Part shown: positions 19,847 through 29,023 of the stretch, piece by piece
Position numbering within the stretch: the stretch's first letter is position 1
How the letters are laid out: the number at the start of each line of letters is the position of its first letter
Source: Collinsella sp.
GTDB taxonomy: Bacteria > Actinomycetota > Coriobacteriia > Coriobacteriales > Coriobacteriaceae
Length of the DNA: 64,000 nucleotides
Assembly (NCBI GenBank): GCA_048236535.1
Contig: DBFAQQ010000037.1
Span: 20,776-84,775, forward strand
Direction of reading: 5' to 3'
The notes under the pieces: model-generated
Database searches by the model: none
Told to the model about the DNA's origin: nothing
What the model saw: the letters and a program-made list of their open reading frames with translations, nothing else
Position numbers and translations under genes: made by a program

Positions 19847-20764
19847 TTAGTTGGACTCGCCCACCAGGGCGCGGCAGAAATCTTTGGCGTTAAACTCCTG
19901 CAGGTCATCGACCTGCTCGCCCACGCCGATGCGCAGGATCGGGAGCTTGAGCTTCTCGGCCACGGCCATGGCGATACCGCCCTTAGCCGTGCCGTCGAGC
20001 TTAGTCATGATAATACCGTCCAGGCCCAGCGCCTCGTTAAACTCGAGCGCCTGGTTCAGACCGTTCTGACCAGTGGCGGCATCGATCACAAGCACGACCG
20101 AGACCGGCATGGGACCGGCGGCCATATTGGCGGCGCGCTTACGAGTCACATTGACCACCTTAGCGAGCTCGCGCATGAGCTCGGGGCTCGTGTGCAGACG
20201 ACCGGCGGTATCAATGAGCACCAGGTCGCTGCCGCGCTTATCGGCCTCGTCGAGCACGTCATAGCACACGCTCGCCGGATCGGAACCGCGGTCACGCTTG
20301 ATAACCGGTACGCCGGCACGCTGACCCCACACATCGAGCTGCTCGATAGCGGCGGCGCGGAAGGTGTCGGCCGAACCGATGACCACGTTCTTGCCGCGGG
20401 CGGCCATGGCGCTCGCAATCTTGCCGACCGTGGTGGTCTTGCCGGCGCCGTTGATACCGACAAACAGCACGCAGCTCGGCGTATCGGAAAACGGGTCGCG
20501 CTCAACAGGCACAAAATGGCCCTCGAGCTGCTCGGCCAGGGCGCGGCGAAGCTGCGGGGCGGTCTTGAGGTTCTTCTTGGCAGCGGCGTCGCGCAGGTCA
20601 TCGGAGACCTGAATGGCGACCTCGGCACCCATGTCACCCATAACGAGGGTGTCCTCAAGGTCCTCCCAAAAATCCTCGTCGACCTCACCACCAAAGTAGA
20701 AGACCTCGTTGAGGGCCTCGCGGCTGCGCTCAAGTCCGCGCGAGAGTGCGTCAAAGAATCCCAT
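19847..20764 (-). CDS. ftsY: SRP receptor FtsY
   Basis: GINGAGKTTT, DTFRAAA, DTAGRLH, TKLDGTAKGG. Confidence 0.97.
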   Translation of the reverse strand: MGFFDALSRGLERSREALNEVFYFGGEVDEDFWEDLEDTLVMGDMGAEVAIQVSDDLRDAAAKKNLKTAPQLRRALAEQLEGHFVPVERDPFSDTPSCVLFVGINGAGKTTTVGKIASAMAARGKNVVIGSADTFRAAAIEQLDVWGQRAGVPVIKRDRGSDPASVCYDVLDEADKRGSDLVLIDTAGRLHTSPELMRELAKVVNVTRKRAANMAAGPMPVSVVLVIDAATGQNGLNQALEFNEALGLDGIIMTKLDGTAKGGIAMAVAEKLKLPILRIGVGEQVDDLQEFNAKDFCRALVGESN

Positions 20765-23700
20765 TATGCATTCACGACCTTTCCGGTTTCGCGATCGAGT
20801 TTTTGCGAGACGACGCGACTGACGCCGTCGGCTTGCATCGAGACGCCGTAGAGAACGTCAGCATCCTCCATAGTACGGCGCTGATGCGAGATTACCAAGA
20901 GCTGCGTATCGGAACGCAGCACATCGAGAGCACCGATGAGCTTGGACAGGTTGGCGTCGTCGAGCGCGGCCTCGACCTCGTCCAGCACATAGAACGGCAC
21001 CGTGCGAGTACGGTATACGGCAAAGAGCAGGGCGAGCGCCGTCAGGCTCTTCTCGCCACCCGACATGAGCATCATCTTGGTGATGCGCTTACCGCGCGGC
21101 TGCGCCACGACCTCAATGCCTGTCTCGGCCGGATGCTCGGGGTCGGTCATCTCCAGATGCGCCTGGCCACCCGGGAACAGCATGGCGAAGATCTCGCGGA
21201 AGTTCGCATCGACCTTCTCAAAGGTCACCAGGAAGGCCTTGCGCATCTTGCGGTCAATCGCCACGGTGATCTTGGTGAGCGCCTTGCGCGCGCTCTCCAG
21301 ATCGGCCAGCTGCTCCTCGATGTAATCGGCGCGGCGCTTGAGCTGCTCGTACTCCTCCATGGCAACCTGGTTCACGGGGCCCAGATTGTTGATTTGGCGC
21401 ACGAGTTGGTTGAGCTCGCGCTCGGCAGCGTCGCGATCGGTGGGAGCCGGCAGCATGAGCGCTTCCTCGAGCACCGTAGTGCCATCAGCGGTGATGGCCT
21501 TGATGGCAGCCTCGACCTGCACCTCGAGCTTGCCGCGTGCGACCTTGAACTCGTTTTGCGTCGCCGTGGCAGCATCGACCCGCTCCTTGGCGCGGGCGAC
21601 CTCGGTCTTGGCGTCCTCAATGGTCTTCTTGAGCGAAGCCGAGTCCGCCTCCTCAAGCGTTGCCTGATCGCGCAAGCGCGCAGCCCAGTCCGAGGCGCGC
21701 TCCAACAGGGCAGAATAGCGCTCGTGCATGGGATCGACGCGAAGGCGCAGCAGCTCAAGCGAGCGCGAGGCCTGGCGTGTTCCGCGGATACGGCGGTCGA
21801 TGCCTTCCAGGCGATGCTCAAGATCGGGCACGCGGCCCTTCAGCGAACGCAGGCGCTCGCTCGTCTGGGCCAGGCGGACCTTGGCATCGGCGAGCTTGCC
21901 GGCTGCCTCGGAATCATCACGGCGCACGCGATCGAGTTCGTCGTTGGCCTCGACAATCTGCAAGCCCAAATCGCTTGCCTGCGCGCGAGCCTCGTCACGC
22001 GAACGGGTGAGCTCGTCCACGCGCGGGCGCGAAGCGCGAACGGCCTCGGCAGCTTGCTCGCGGCGCTTGGAGATGCGCACGCGCTCGACCTCGGCGTTGT
22101 TGGCACTCTGCTCCAGGCGGCCGATCTCGGACAGCAGGGAGCGACGCTCGCCCCCAAGGCGGGCAATCTCGCCGGCAGCATCGCCCTCGGCAGCACGGGC
22201 CTCCTCAACGGCCGCATTGGCCTCGACGACCTGATCAGAAACATGCTCAAACGCGGCAGCAAGATCGGGCTCCAGGCCTTCCAGCTCGCGGATACGACGC
22301 TTGCGCTCCAGGGCGCCCGAAGCCTCGCCGGCATCAAGCCCCACGCGAACCAAGCCGCCGCAGGCAACGCGTGCGCCATCGGGAGTCACGTAGGTCACAC
22401 CGTCAACTACAGGCGCAGCCAGGGCGGCAGAAAGGTCATCGACCACGAAATAGCCGCCGAGCAATGCCTCGACGACCGGACCGTAGCCCGCACGCACGGA
22501 CAGGCGATCAACAAGACGGGTGCCGGCGGCACCCTCGGCAGCCGCAGAGCCGCTCACGCTGCGCGCCACCAGCAGCGCCTCGCCCGAGGCCTTCTTTTGG
22601 TCCAGAGCCGCACGACCGGCGCGCTCAAGCGTAGCGGCGTCATCAAATAGCAGGGCATCGATATCGCCGGCGAGCAATTGCTCAACCAGGCCCTCAAGCT
22701 CGCACGGGGCCTCGAGCACGTCGCCCAGACGACCCGAGACATCGTCGCCCAGCGCACCCACCAGACGGCTCACGAGCGGCGAGCTGTCGGCCATGCGGGC
22801 ATCGAGATTCTTTTGGCTGGCAAGCTCCGAGCGCACCTCGGACAGCTTGTTGCGCGCCTCACTCTCACGATTACGCAGGTCCTTCAGGGCCGCGCGTGCC
22901 GTCTCGGTGGCCTCACGCGCATCGGCCTGGGCCTGGCGCGCTTCCTCAAGAGCGCCTTCAAGCTCCTCGGCGCGGTCGCGACGGCTCTCGAGCGAGGCCG
23001 TGACCTCCTCGAGCTGTTCATCGATCTGCTCCAGGCGCGAGGCATACATGTTGTCCTCGACCTCGGCATTGCTCAAGGAATCCTTCACCTTGGCGAGCTG
23101 GAGCGCGGCGTTATCGGCTACGCGCTGCACATCGCGCTGTTCGCGCGTAAGCTTCGAAATCTGATCGTCGAGCGCCACGCGCCGCTCGTGGAGCTCGGCG
23201 GCGGCAGGACCAGCGGCGTCAACGTCCTCCTGGGCCTGCATACGCGCACCGGTCACTTCCTCAAGCTGCGCACGCGCGTCCTCAAGCTCCTCGACCACGC
23301 GACGACGCTGATGCTCGGAGCTCGAAATCTGCCCGCGCATGTCAGACAGGCGCGACACCATGTTGTGGCCCTTTTCCTCGAGCAGGCGCATGTCGGAGTT
23401 AATGCGGCCGACCACATCTTGCATATGACGGCGCTGCTCGCCCAAGTCGCCCACAAACAGGCCCTTTTCCTCGAGCATGACCTGGAGCTTCTCGAGCTCG
23501 CGCTCCTTTTCGCCCAAGCGGTACTGCGCAAGCTCAAGCTCGGCAGCGCCCTCCTTGGAGCGGCTCTCCAGGTCGTTCCACTGCGACTGCAGCGAACGCA
23601 GCTCGTCGACGGCCAACATCTGCGTAAGCTCGTTCGCGCGCGAGGACAGCTCTTTGTACTTGCGCGCGCGATCGACCTGACGCTCCAGCGGACGCAGCTG

Positions 23701-24300
23701 ACGGGCGATTTCCTTATTGATGTCGCGGGCACGCGTCAGGTGCTCGTCCATCGACTTAATCTTTTTGAGCGCACGCTCCTTGCGGCGCTTGTGCTTAGAG
23801 ATGCCGGCGGCCTCCTCGATGAGGGCGCGGCGCTCCTCGGGGCGGCTCTGCAAAATGGCGTCGAGCTTGCCCTGGCTAATAATGGAATGCGTATCCTTGC
23901 CCAGGCCCGAATCGTGCAGGATGTCCTGAATGTCCATCAGGCGGCACGGACTCGAGTTGATGAGGTACTCGCTTTCGCCCGAGCGATACATGCGACGGGT
24001 GATGGCGACCTCGTCAAAGTCGACGGGCAGCATATGGTCCGAGTTATCGAGCACCAGCGTAACCTCGGCGACACCCACCGGCTTGCGCGCTGACGAGCCC
24101 GAGAAGATGACATCCTCCATGGCCTGGCCGCGCAGCTGCTTGGCGCTCTGCTCGCCCAGGACCCACAGAATCGAGTCAGAGATGTTCGATTTTCCCGAGC
24201 CGTTGGGACCGACGATGACGGTCAGACCCGGCTCAAACGTCATATGGGCGCGGTCGGCAAACGACTTGAACCCTTTGAGCGTGAGGGACTTGAGATACAC
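20764..24300 (-). CDS. smc: Chromosome segregation protein SMC
   Basis: GFKSF, GPNGSGKSN, coiled coils, hinge, MSGGEKS, LDEVEAALD. Confidence 0.97.
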   Translation of the reverse strand: MYLKSLTLKGFKSFADRAHMTFEPGLTVIVGPNGSGKSNISDSILWVLGEQSAKQLRGQAMEDVIFSGSSARKPVGVAEVTLVLDNSDHMLPVDFDEVAITRRMYRSGESEYLINSSPCRLMDIQDILHDSGLGKDTHSIISQGKLDAILQSRPEERRALIEEAAGISKHKRRKERALKKIKSMDEHLTRARDINKEIARQLRPLERQVDRARKYKELSSRANELTQMLAVDELRSLQSQWNDLESRSKEGAAELELAQYRLGEKERELEKLQVMLEEKGLFVGDLGEQRRHMQDVVGRINSDMRLLEEKGHNMVSRLSDMRGQISSSEHQRRRVVEELEDARAQLEEVTGARMQAQEDVDAAGPAAAELHERRVALDDQISKLTREQRDVQRVADNAALQLAKVKDSLSNAEVEDNMYASRLEQIDEQLEEVTASLESRRDRAEELEGALEEARQAQADAREATETARAALKDLRNRESEARNKLSEVRSELASQKNLDARMADSSPLVSRLVGALGDDVSGRLGDVLEAPCELEGLVEQLLAGDIDALLFDDAATLERAGRAALDQKKASGEALLVARSVSGSAAAEGAAGTRLVDRLSVRAGYGPVVEALLGGYFVVDDLSAALAAPVVDGVTYVTPDGARVACGGLVRVGLDAGEASGALERKRRIRELEGLEPDLAAAFEHVSDQVVEANAAVEEARAAEGDAAGEIARLGGERRSLLSEIGRLEQSANNAEVERVRISKRREQAAEAVRASRPRVDELTRSRDEARAQASDLGLQIVEANDELDRVRRDDSEAAGKLADAKVRLAQTSERLRSLKGRVPDLEHRLEGIDRRIRGTRQASRSLELLRLRVDPMHERYSALLERASDWAARLRDQATLEEADSASLKKTIEDAKTEVARAKERVDAATATQNEFKVARGKLEVQVEAAIKAITADGTTVLEEALMLPAPTDRDAAERELNQLVRQINNLGPVNQVAMEEYEQLKRRADYIEEQLADLESARKALTKITVAIDRKMRKAFLVTFEKVDANFREIFAMLFPGGQAHLEMTDPEHPAETGIEVVAQPRGKRITKMMLMSGGEKSLTALALLFAVYRTRTVPFYVLDEVEAALDDANLSKLIGALDVLRSDTQLLVISHQRRTMEDADVLYGVSMQADGVSRVVSQKLDRETGKVVNA

Positions 24301-24310
24301 GGTTCCTCGC

Positions 24311-25036
24311 TTAAACAGGCTTCTTGTTGAGAATCACGCCGTTGGTGGTGTAGCCCATGCGGTCAAGCGCCTCGAGAGCAGCGGCTCCCTCGGCTTCTTT
24401 CTTTGAGGAGCCGGAGCCGCGACCCTGACGAATGCCATCGATCAAAACCACGGCGGTAAAGGTGGGCGCATGTGCCGGGCCCTCGGAGCCAACGAGCTTG
24501 TACGCCGGGGACTCGTGACCGTCGGCTTGCACGCACTCCTGCAAAAACGACTTGGGGTTCGCGGGGTGCTCGGCACGCTCGGAAGCCAAATGCGGCTTAA
24601 GCGTACGGTGGATAAACTCCGCTGCGGCATCCCAGCCGGCATCCAGGTACAGTGCGCCCACGAGCGACTCGTAGACGTTCTCGAGGGCCGAATGCAGGCC
24701 CCGCGCACCGGTACCGGTCTCGGAGGCACCAAAGATGATGATGTCGTCGATGCCCAGCTCGTGAGAAACCTCTGACAGCGTAGCGCCCGATACAAGCGAC
24801 ACCTTCAGGCGCGTGAGCTTGCCCTCGTCAAACTCCGGATAGGACTCAAACAGGGAGCGTGCGACCACAGCGCCCAAAATGGAATCGCCCAAGAACTCAA
24901 GGCGCTCATAGCTGGCAGAAACCGGCTGGCCCTCGACTGCCGAGGGATGCGTAAGCGCCGCGCGCAGCAGCACCTTATTGTTGAACTCGTGGCCCAGGAT
25001 TTCCTGGGCGCGCGTAAGTCGTTCGGATAAAGCCAA
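24311..25036 (-). CDS. rnc: Ribonuclease III
   Basis: ERLEFLGDS signature plus dsRBD; TTG start. Confidence 0.95.
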   Translation of the reverse strand: MALSERLTRAQEILGHEFNNKVLLRAALTHPSAVEGQPVSASYERLEFLGDSILGAVVARSLFESYPEFDEGKLTRLKVSLVSGATLSEVSHELGIDDIIIFGASETGTGARGLHSALENVYESLVGALYLDAGWDAAAEFIHRTLKPHLASERAEHPANPKSFLQECVQADGHESPAYKLVGSEGPAHAPTFTAVVLIDGIRQGRGSGSSKKEAEGAAALEALDRMGYTTNGVILNKKPV

Positions 25037-25039
25037 GAC

Positions 25040-25282
25040 CTAGGCCTCCCTGGCGTTTTCGATCGCGTCGACGGCGTCGGCGACAGAGTTGAGCGAGAGC
25101 AGGGTCTCGTCATCGATCTCGAGGTTGAACTCGTCCTCGATAGCCGTAACCAGCTGCAGGCGCTCGAGCGAGTTGGCATCGAGGTCGTCAAAGGTGGTCT
25201 CCTCGCTAATTTCGGCAACATCGACGCCCAGAACGTCAGCAGCGACCTCGGCGATCTTGTCGAAGATTTCGGAGCGGTCCAT
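25040..25282 (-). CDS. acpP: Acyl carrier protein
   Basis: Acidic 80 aa protein, DLDANSLE around the phosphopantetheine Ser; plsX-acpP-rnc synteny. Confidence 0.9.
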   Translation of the reverse strand: MDRSEIFDKIAEVAADVLGVDVAEISEETTFDDLDANSLERLQLVTAIEDEFNLEIDDETLLSLNSVADAVDAIENAREA

Positions 25283-25408
25283 AGCGCTTCCTCTCATAGT
25301 GCATGAATACCAAAAGAATGGTACCGCCCGGGCGGTACCAAGACACGGTTCTGATTCTACCCCACGACGTGCGCCGCGAAGCACATAACAGCGCACTAAC
25401 TCGCTCTT

Positions 25409-26431
25409 CTAAACGATACCGTCCATAGAGTTGGCGACATTCTCGACCAGCCCGGCGCGCACGGCTTCGGCCGCCGCGAGCGTACCGTTTTTAACAGCCT
25501 CGACCGAGGTGGCGCCATGGCCGATCAGGACCACGCCGCGCAGGCCCAAAAGAATCGCGCCGCCCTTGGCGTCGCCAGAGAGCTTGGCCTTAATCTCGCG
25601 CATCTGCTTTTTGATGAGCAGCGCGGCAATCTTGGTGCCGAGCGAAGACATAAAGACACCCTTGAGCTCCTGCAGCAAAAACTTGGCAGCGCCCTCGGTA
25701 GCTTTGAGAGCGATATTGCCCGACATGCCATCGGCAACGACGACATCGAAGTTACCTGAGGTGATGTCCGTTCCCTCGCAGTTACCAACAAAGCCGGGAA
25801 CGGCGGCTTTCATGGCCGGGAAGCAGGCCTTGGTAAAGTTGGAGCCCTTCTCGTCCTCGGTGCCGTTGGCAAGCAGGCCCACGCGGGGATGCTCGATGCC
25901 CAGGACGACGCGGGCATAGGCGCTACCCATCTGAGCAAAACGCACCATGTCATCGACCTCGACATCGGGGTTGGCACCCATATCGCACAGCACCGTCAGA
26001 CCGCCGGCGCGATTGGGCAGCGCATTGGTCAGACAGGGGCGCACCGGCTGCTTCTTGCCTTCGGCCTGATACCTAAACGGCGTCACGTAGGCGGTGGCAG
26101 CGGCGGTCATGGCACCGGTCGAGCCGGCGGAGAAGAACGCATCCGCGTTGCCCTTCTTAATGGCGCGGCAAGAAAGCACAATCGACGACTTACGCTTGGT
26201 CATCACGGCGCGAATTGGATCGTCATCCATGGCGATAACGTCAGGTGCCTCAAGGGCCTCAACACGTGCATGGGAAGCTGCAAAGGGATTGACGATTTCG
26301 GCCGGGCCAGCCGCCAAGACCTCGATATCGGGATCGGCGGCAAGCGCAGCCTCGATACCATCGAGAACAACCTGAGGTTTCTCGTCTCCGCCCACAACGT
26401 CTACACAAACGCGAACGTTACTCATATACAT
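25409..26431 (-). CDS. plsX: Phosphate acyltransferase PlsX
   Basis: VDVVGGD, SAGSTGA, DMGAN, NGTEDEKG, GHG. Confidence 0.95.
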   Translation of the reverse strand: MYMSNVRVCVDVVGGDEKPQVVLDGIEAALAADPDIEVLAAGPAEIVNPFAASHARVEALEAPDVIAMDDDPIRAVMTKRKSSIVLSCRAIKKGNADAFFSAGSTGAMTAAATAYVTPFRYQAEGKKQPVRPCLTNALPNRAGGLTVLCDMGANPDVEVDDMVRFAQMGSAYARVVLGIEHPRVGLLANGTEDEKGSNFTKACFPAMKAAVPGFVGNCEGTDITSGNFDVVVADGMSGNIALKATEGAAKFLLQELKGVFMSSLGTKIAALLIKKQMREIKAKLSGDAKGGAILLGLRGVVLIGHGATSVEAVKNGTLAAAEAVRAGLVENVANSMDGIV

Positions 26432-26512
26432 GCTCCTTATACAAAAATGGCCGACTCATTGAGCCGGCCATTGTGGTTCCATTTGGAACGGCATCGCATC
26501 CAGAGTATACCG

Positions 26513-26692
26513 TTACTCGGTAACGATAACCTCGCGGTCCTTGTAGAAACCGCAGCTGGGGCACACGTGGTGCGGAAGCTTAACAGCGCCGCAACGGGGG
26601 CACGTGGACTGAGCCGCAGCCGAGATCTTCATGTTGGCGGAACGACGGGTGTGAGTGCGGATACGACCCTGCTTTTGTTTAGGTACGGGCAT
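26513..26692 (-). CDS. rpmF: 50S ribosomal protein L32 (absent from the ORF track, <60 aa)
   Basis: Translates to MPVPKQKQGRIRTHTRRSANMKISAAAQSTCPRCGAVKLPHHVCPSCGFYKDREVIVTE. Confidence 0.95.
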   Translation of the reverse strand: MPVPKQKQGRIRTHTRRSANMKISAAAQSTCPRCGAVKLPHHVCPSCGFYKDREVIVTE

Positions 26693-26756
26693 AGTGACCT
26701 TCCTTATGAACTATCCAGTGTGGCGATTACGCGCAAGTAGCGATACTACCACAGTT

Positions 26757-27311
26757 TTACTCATCGAGCTTGAGATTCTTCAATGCTGCAAATGGATTTT
26801 CCGTGGCAGCGGCCCATTCTGCCTCTGCCTGGGCGGCGCAATCGCATTGCTCGACGTTGAGATTGCAGCCGCAAGTGGGGCACAGACCGCGGCAATCGGG
26901 CTTGCAGAGCACCACAAACGGCGTGTCCATAACGACCGCGTCATTGATGGGCTCACCCAGATCGATGATGCGGTCCTCACTCAGAAGCTCATAGCCGTCC
27001 TCGTAGGCCTCGGGATCCTCGGGCACCTCAAAGAGATAAAACTCCTCGATCTCGCCGGCGATATCAAACGCGGCGCGCTCCAGGCAACGGTCGCACTCGC
27101 CGGTGGCGTGCGCTCGGACCATGCCCGTGAGCAAGACACCGGTACCGGCATTGGTAAAGACAACGTCGTAGTCGATGCCGTCCTGAAGCTGGTACTCCTT
27201 CTCGCCCACCGTGTAGGTGGCGACATCGACCTTACCGGTCAGCGGATACGAATCTCCAGGAAACTCGAGCTGCTCGGAAAGATCGACGGTAACGCTCGGG
27301 AACTCAGCCAT
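26757..27311 (-). CDS. YceD/DUF177 family protein
   Basis: CDRCL, LCKPDCRGLCPTCG, PFAALK; upstream of rpmF. Confidence 0.92.
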   Translation of the reverse strand: MAEFPSVTVDLSEQLEFPGDSYPLTGKVDVATYTVGEKEYQLQDGIDYDVVFTNAGTGVLLTGMVRAHATGECDRCLERAAFDIAGEIEEFYLFEVPEDPEAYEDGYELLSEDRIIDLGEPINDAVVMDTPFVVLCKPDCRGLCPTCGCNLNVEQCDCAAQAEAEWAAATENPFAALKNLKLDE

Positions 27312-27808
27312 TACCACTGACCATTCTGTTGGGCGGCACCCTCGTTGAGCTGCTGGCGGCAACGGGTAACGGTGCCAGTCAGGCTCTTGAGGTTCTCCTC
27401 CAGGTGCGTAAAGACCTGCTCTGCGTAGTCCTCGGCAGCATAACGCGTCTCGCGCTCGTACTGCTGGGCACGATCGCGGATGTCGTCGGCCTGCTGCTGC
27501 GCAAGGCGGACGATCTCCTGCTCACCGGCAATGGTGAGGGCCTGCTGCTGAGCGTCGGCGATGATGGAATCGGCCTGAGCGGCGGCGGAAGCCATAAGCT
27601 CCTCGCGCTCCTTAAGGATACGGCGGGACTTCTGCCACTCCTCGGGATAGCTCATGCGGATCTCGTCGAGGATGTTGAAGAACACGTCGGCGTCGATGAC
27701 CTTGAACTGAGCGTTCTTGCCGAAAGGCGGCTTGGCTTCCTCGATCAGCCCTTCGAGCTCATCGACCAAGCTGACGATCCTATCGCCAGGAAAATTCTCG
27801 CCCGGCAT
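27311..27808 (-). CDS. Coiled-coil protein (DivIVA-like / ATPase subunit-b-like) between coaD and yceD
   Basis: LVDELEGLIEEAK...PEE, A-rich coiled coil, conserved position. Confidence 0.75.
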   Translation of the reverse strand: MPGENFPGDRIVSLVDELEGLIEEAKPPFGKNAQFKVIDADVFFNILDEIRMSYPEEWQKSRRILKEREELMASAAAQADSIIADAQQQALTIAGEQEIVRLAQQQADDIRDRAQQYERETRYAAEDYAEQVFTHLEENLKSLTGTVTRCRQQLNEGAAQQNGQW

Positions 27809-27876
27809 CCGGTCTCCTTTCATAGGTAACATATCATCGTGCTAGTTTACCACATGCCACCAGGCAATAAAAAACG

Positions 27877-28374
27877 TCACGAAAAGCGATGTCTGAGCGC
27901 TTCGACCACGTTGGGTGGGACAAACGTCGATACATCGCTGCCGAGCGAGGCGATCTGGCGAACGACCGAGCTCGAGATGTAACCGTACTGCGGAGCACTC
28001 ATGACAAAGATGGACTCCAGCTCGCTATCCAAGCGATAATTGAGGTCGGCCTGCTGCAGCTCATACTCAAAGTCGGTCATGGCGCGCAGGCCCTTGACCA
28101 CGGCCCCCGCCCCCTGCTCACGAGCAAAGTCGACCAAGAGGCCGGTAAAGGGCAGGACTTCGACGCCGTCGATATCACCGAGCGCCTCGCGGGCCAGCGC
28201 CACGCGCTCATCGAGCATAAACGTGGTGCCCACACCGTTTTTACCCTGCGACTCTGCAACAGCGACGATCACACTGGGAAAGATGCGGCGGGCGCGGCGG
28301 ATCACATCGATATGGCCAAACGTGATGGGATCGAAGGTGCCCGGGACGATCACGCGGTTGATGGTGTCATTCAT
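27877..28374 (-). CDS. coaD: Pantetheine-phosphate adenylyltransferase
   Basis: PGTFDPITFGH, KGLRAMTDFEYE, ISSS. Confidence 0.95.
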   Translation of the reverse strand: MNDTINRVIVPGTFDPITFGHIDVIRRARRIFPSVIVAVAESQGKNGVGTTFMLDERVALAREALGDIDGVEVLPFTGLLVDFAREQGAGAVVKGLRAMTDFEYELQQADLNYRLDSELESIFVMSAPQYGYISSSVVRQIASLGSDVSTFVPPNVVEALRHRFS

Positions 28375-29023
28375 GGGCGTCCTCCTGAAACGTCGTGGCA
28401 TCATTGTTGTCAGCATCGGTGCCGGCGCTATCGCCCTCACCATCGTCATCGCCGACCCAACGGAGCAGGTCGACCGAGGTAATGCCGTAGCGCTTCTCAC
28501 GTACAGTCTCAAAGTCTGCCGGATGCGCGCCCGCATCGGCGGCGGCATGCTCAAACAGGGCGTAAGCGCCAGACGCAAGCAGACCCTGCTGGGCCAGATT
28601 CTGCAGCAGTTCCTCGACCGGCTCGGCACCAAAAGCATAGGGCGGGTCGAGCAGGACCAGATCAAAGGGGCCGCCCGGTACACGACCGCGTGAGGCACTC
28701 GTCAGCATGTCGCCCGTGACCACGCGCCAACGCGCACGGTCATGGCAGAGCGACTCGATATTCTTGGTAATGAGCCGCGCGGCGTTGCGATCGATCTCAA
28801 ACGTCGTGAGCGAGCGGGCCCCACGAGAGAGCATCTCTAACCCTAAGGCACCGGAGCCGCCAAAGGCGTCCAACACACGAACCTCGTCCAAATCGAAATC
28901 GAATGCCGACATGACCATAGATGCGCACGCCTCGCGCACGCGATCAGTCGTGGGGCGGGTGACATCGCGACCACGGGGCTCCTCGATCTTACGACCGCGC
29001 CATTCGCCGCCGATGATTCTCAT
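28367..29023 (-). CDS. rsmD: 16S rRNA m2G966 methyltransferase
   Basis: MRIIGG, TRPTTDRVRE, GSGALGLE, DPPY. Confidence 0.95.
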   Translation of the reverse strand: MRIIGGEWRGRKIEEPRGRDVTRPTTDRVREACASMVMSAFDFDLDEVRVLDAFGGSGALGLEMLSRGARSLTTFEIDRNAARLITKNIESLCHDRARWRVVTGDMLTSASRGRVPGGPFDLVLLDPPYAFGAEPVEELLQNLAQQGLLASGAYALFEHAAADAGAHPADFETVREKRYGITSVDLLRWVGDDDGEGDSAGTDADNNDATTFQEDAHE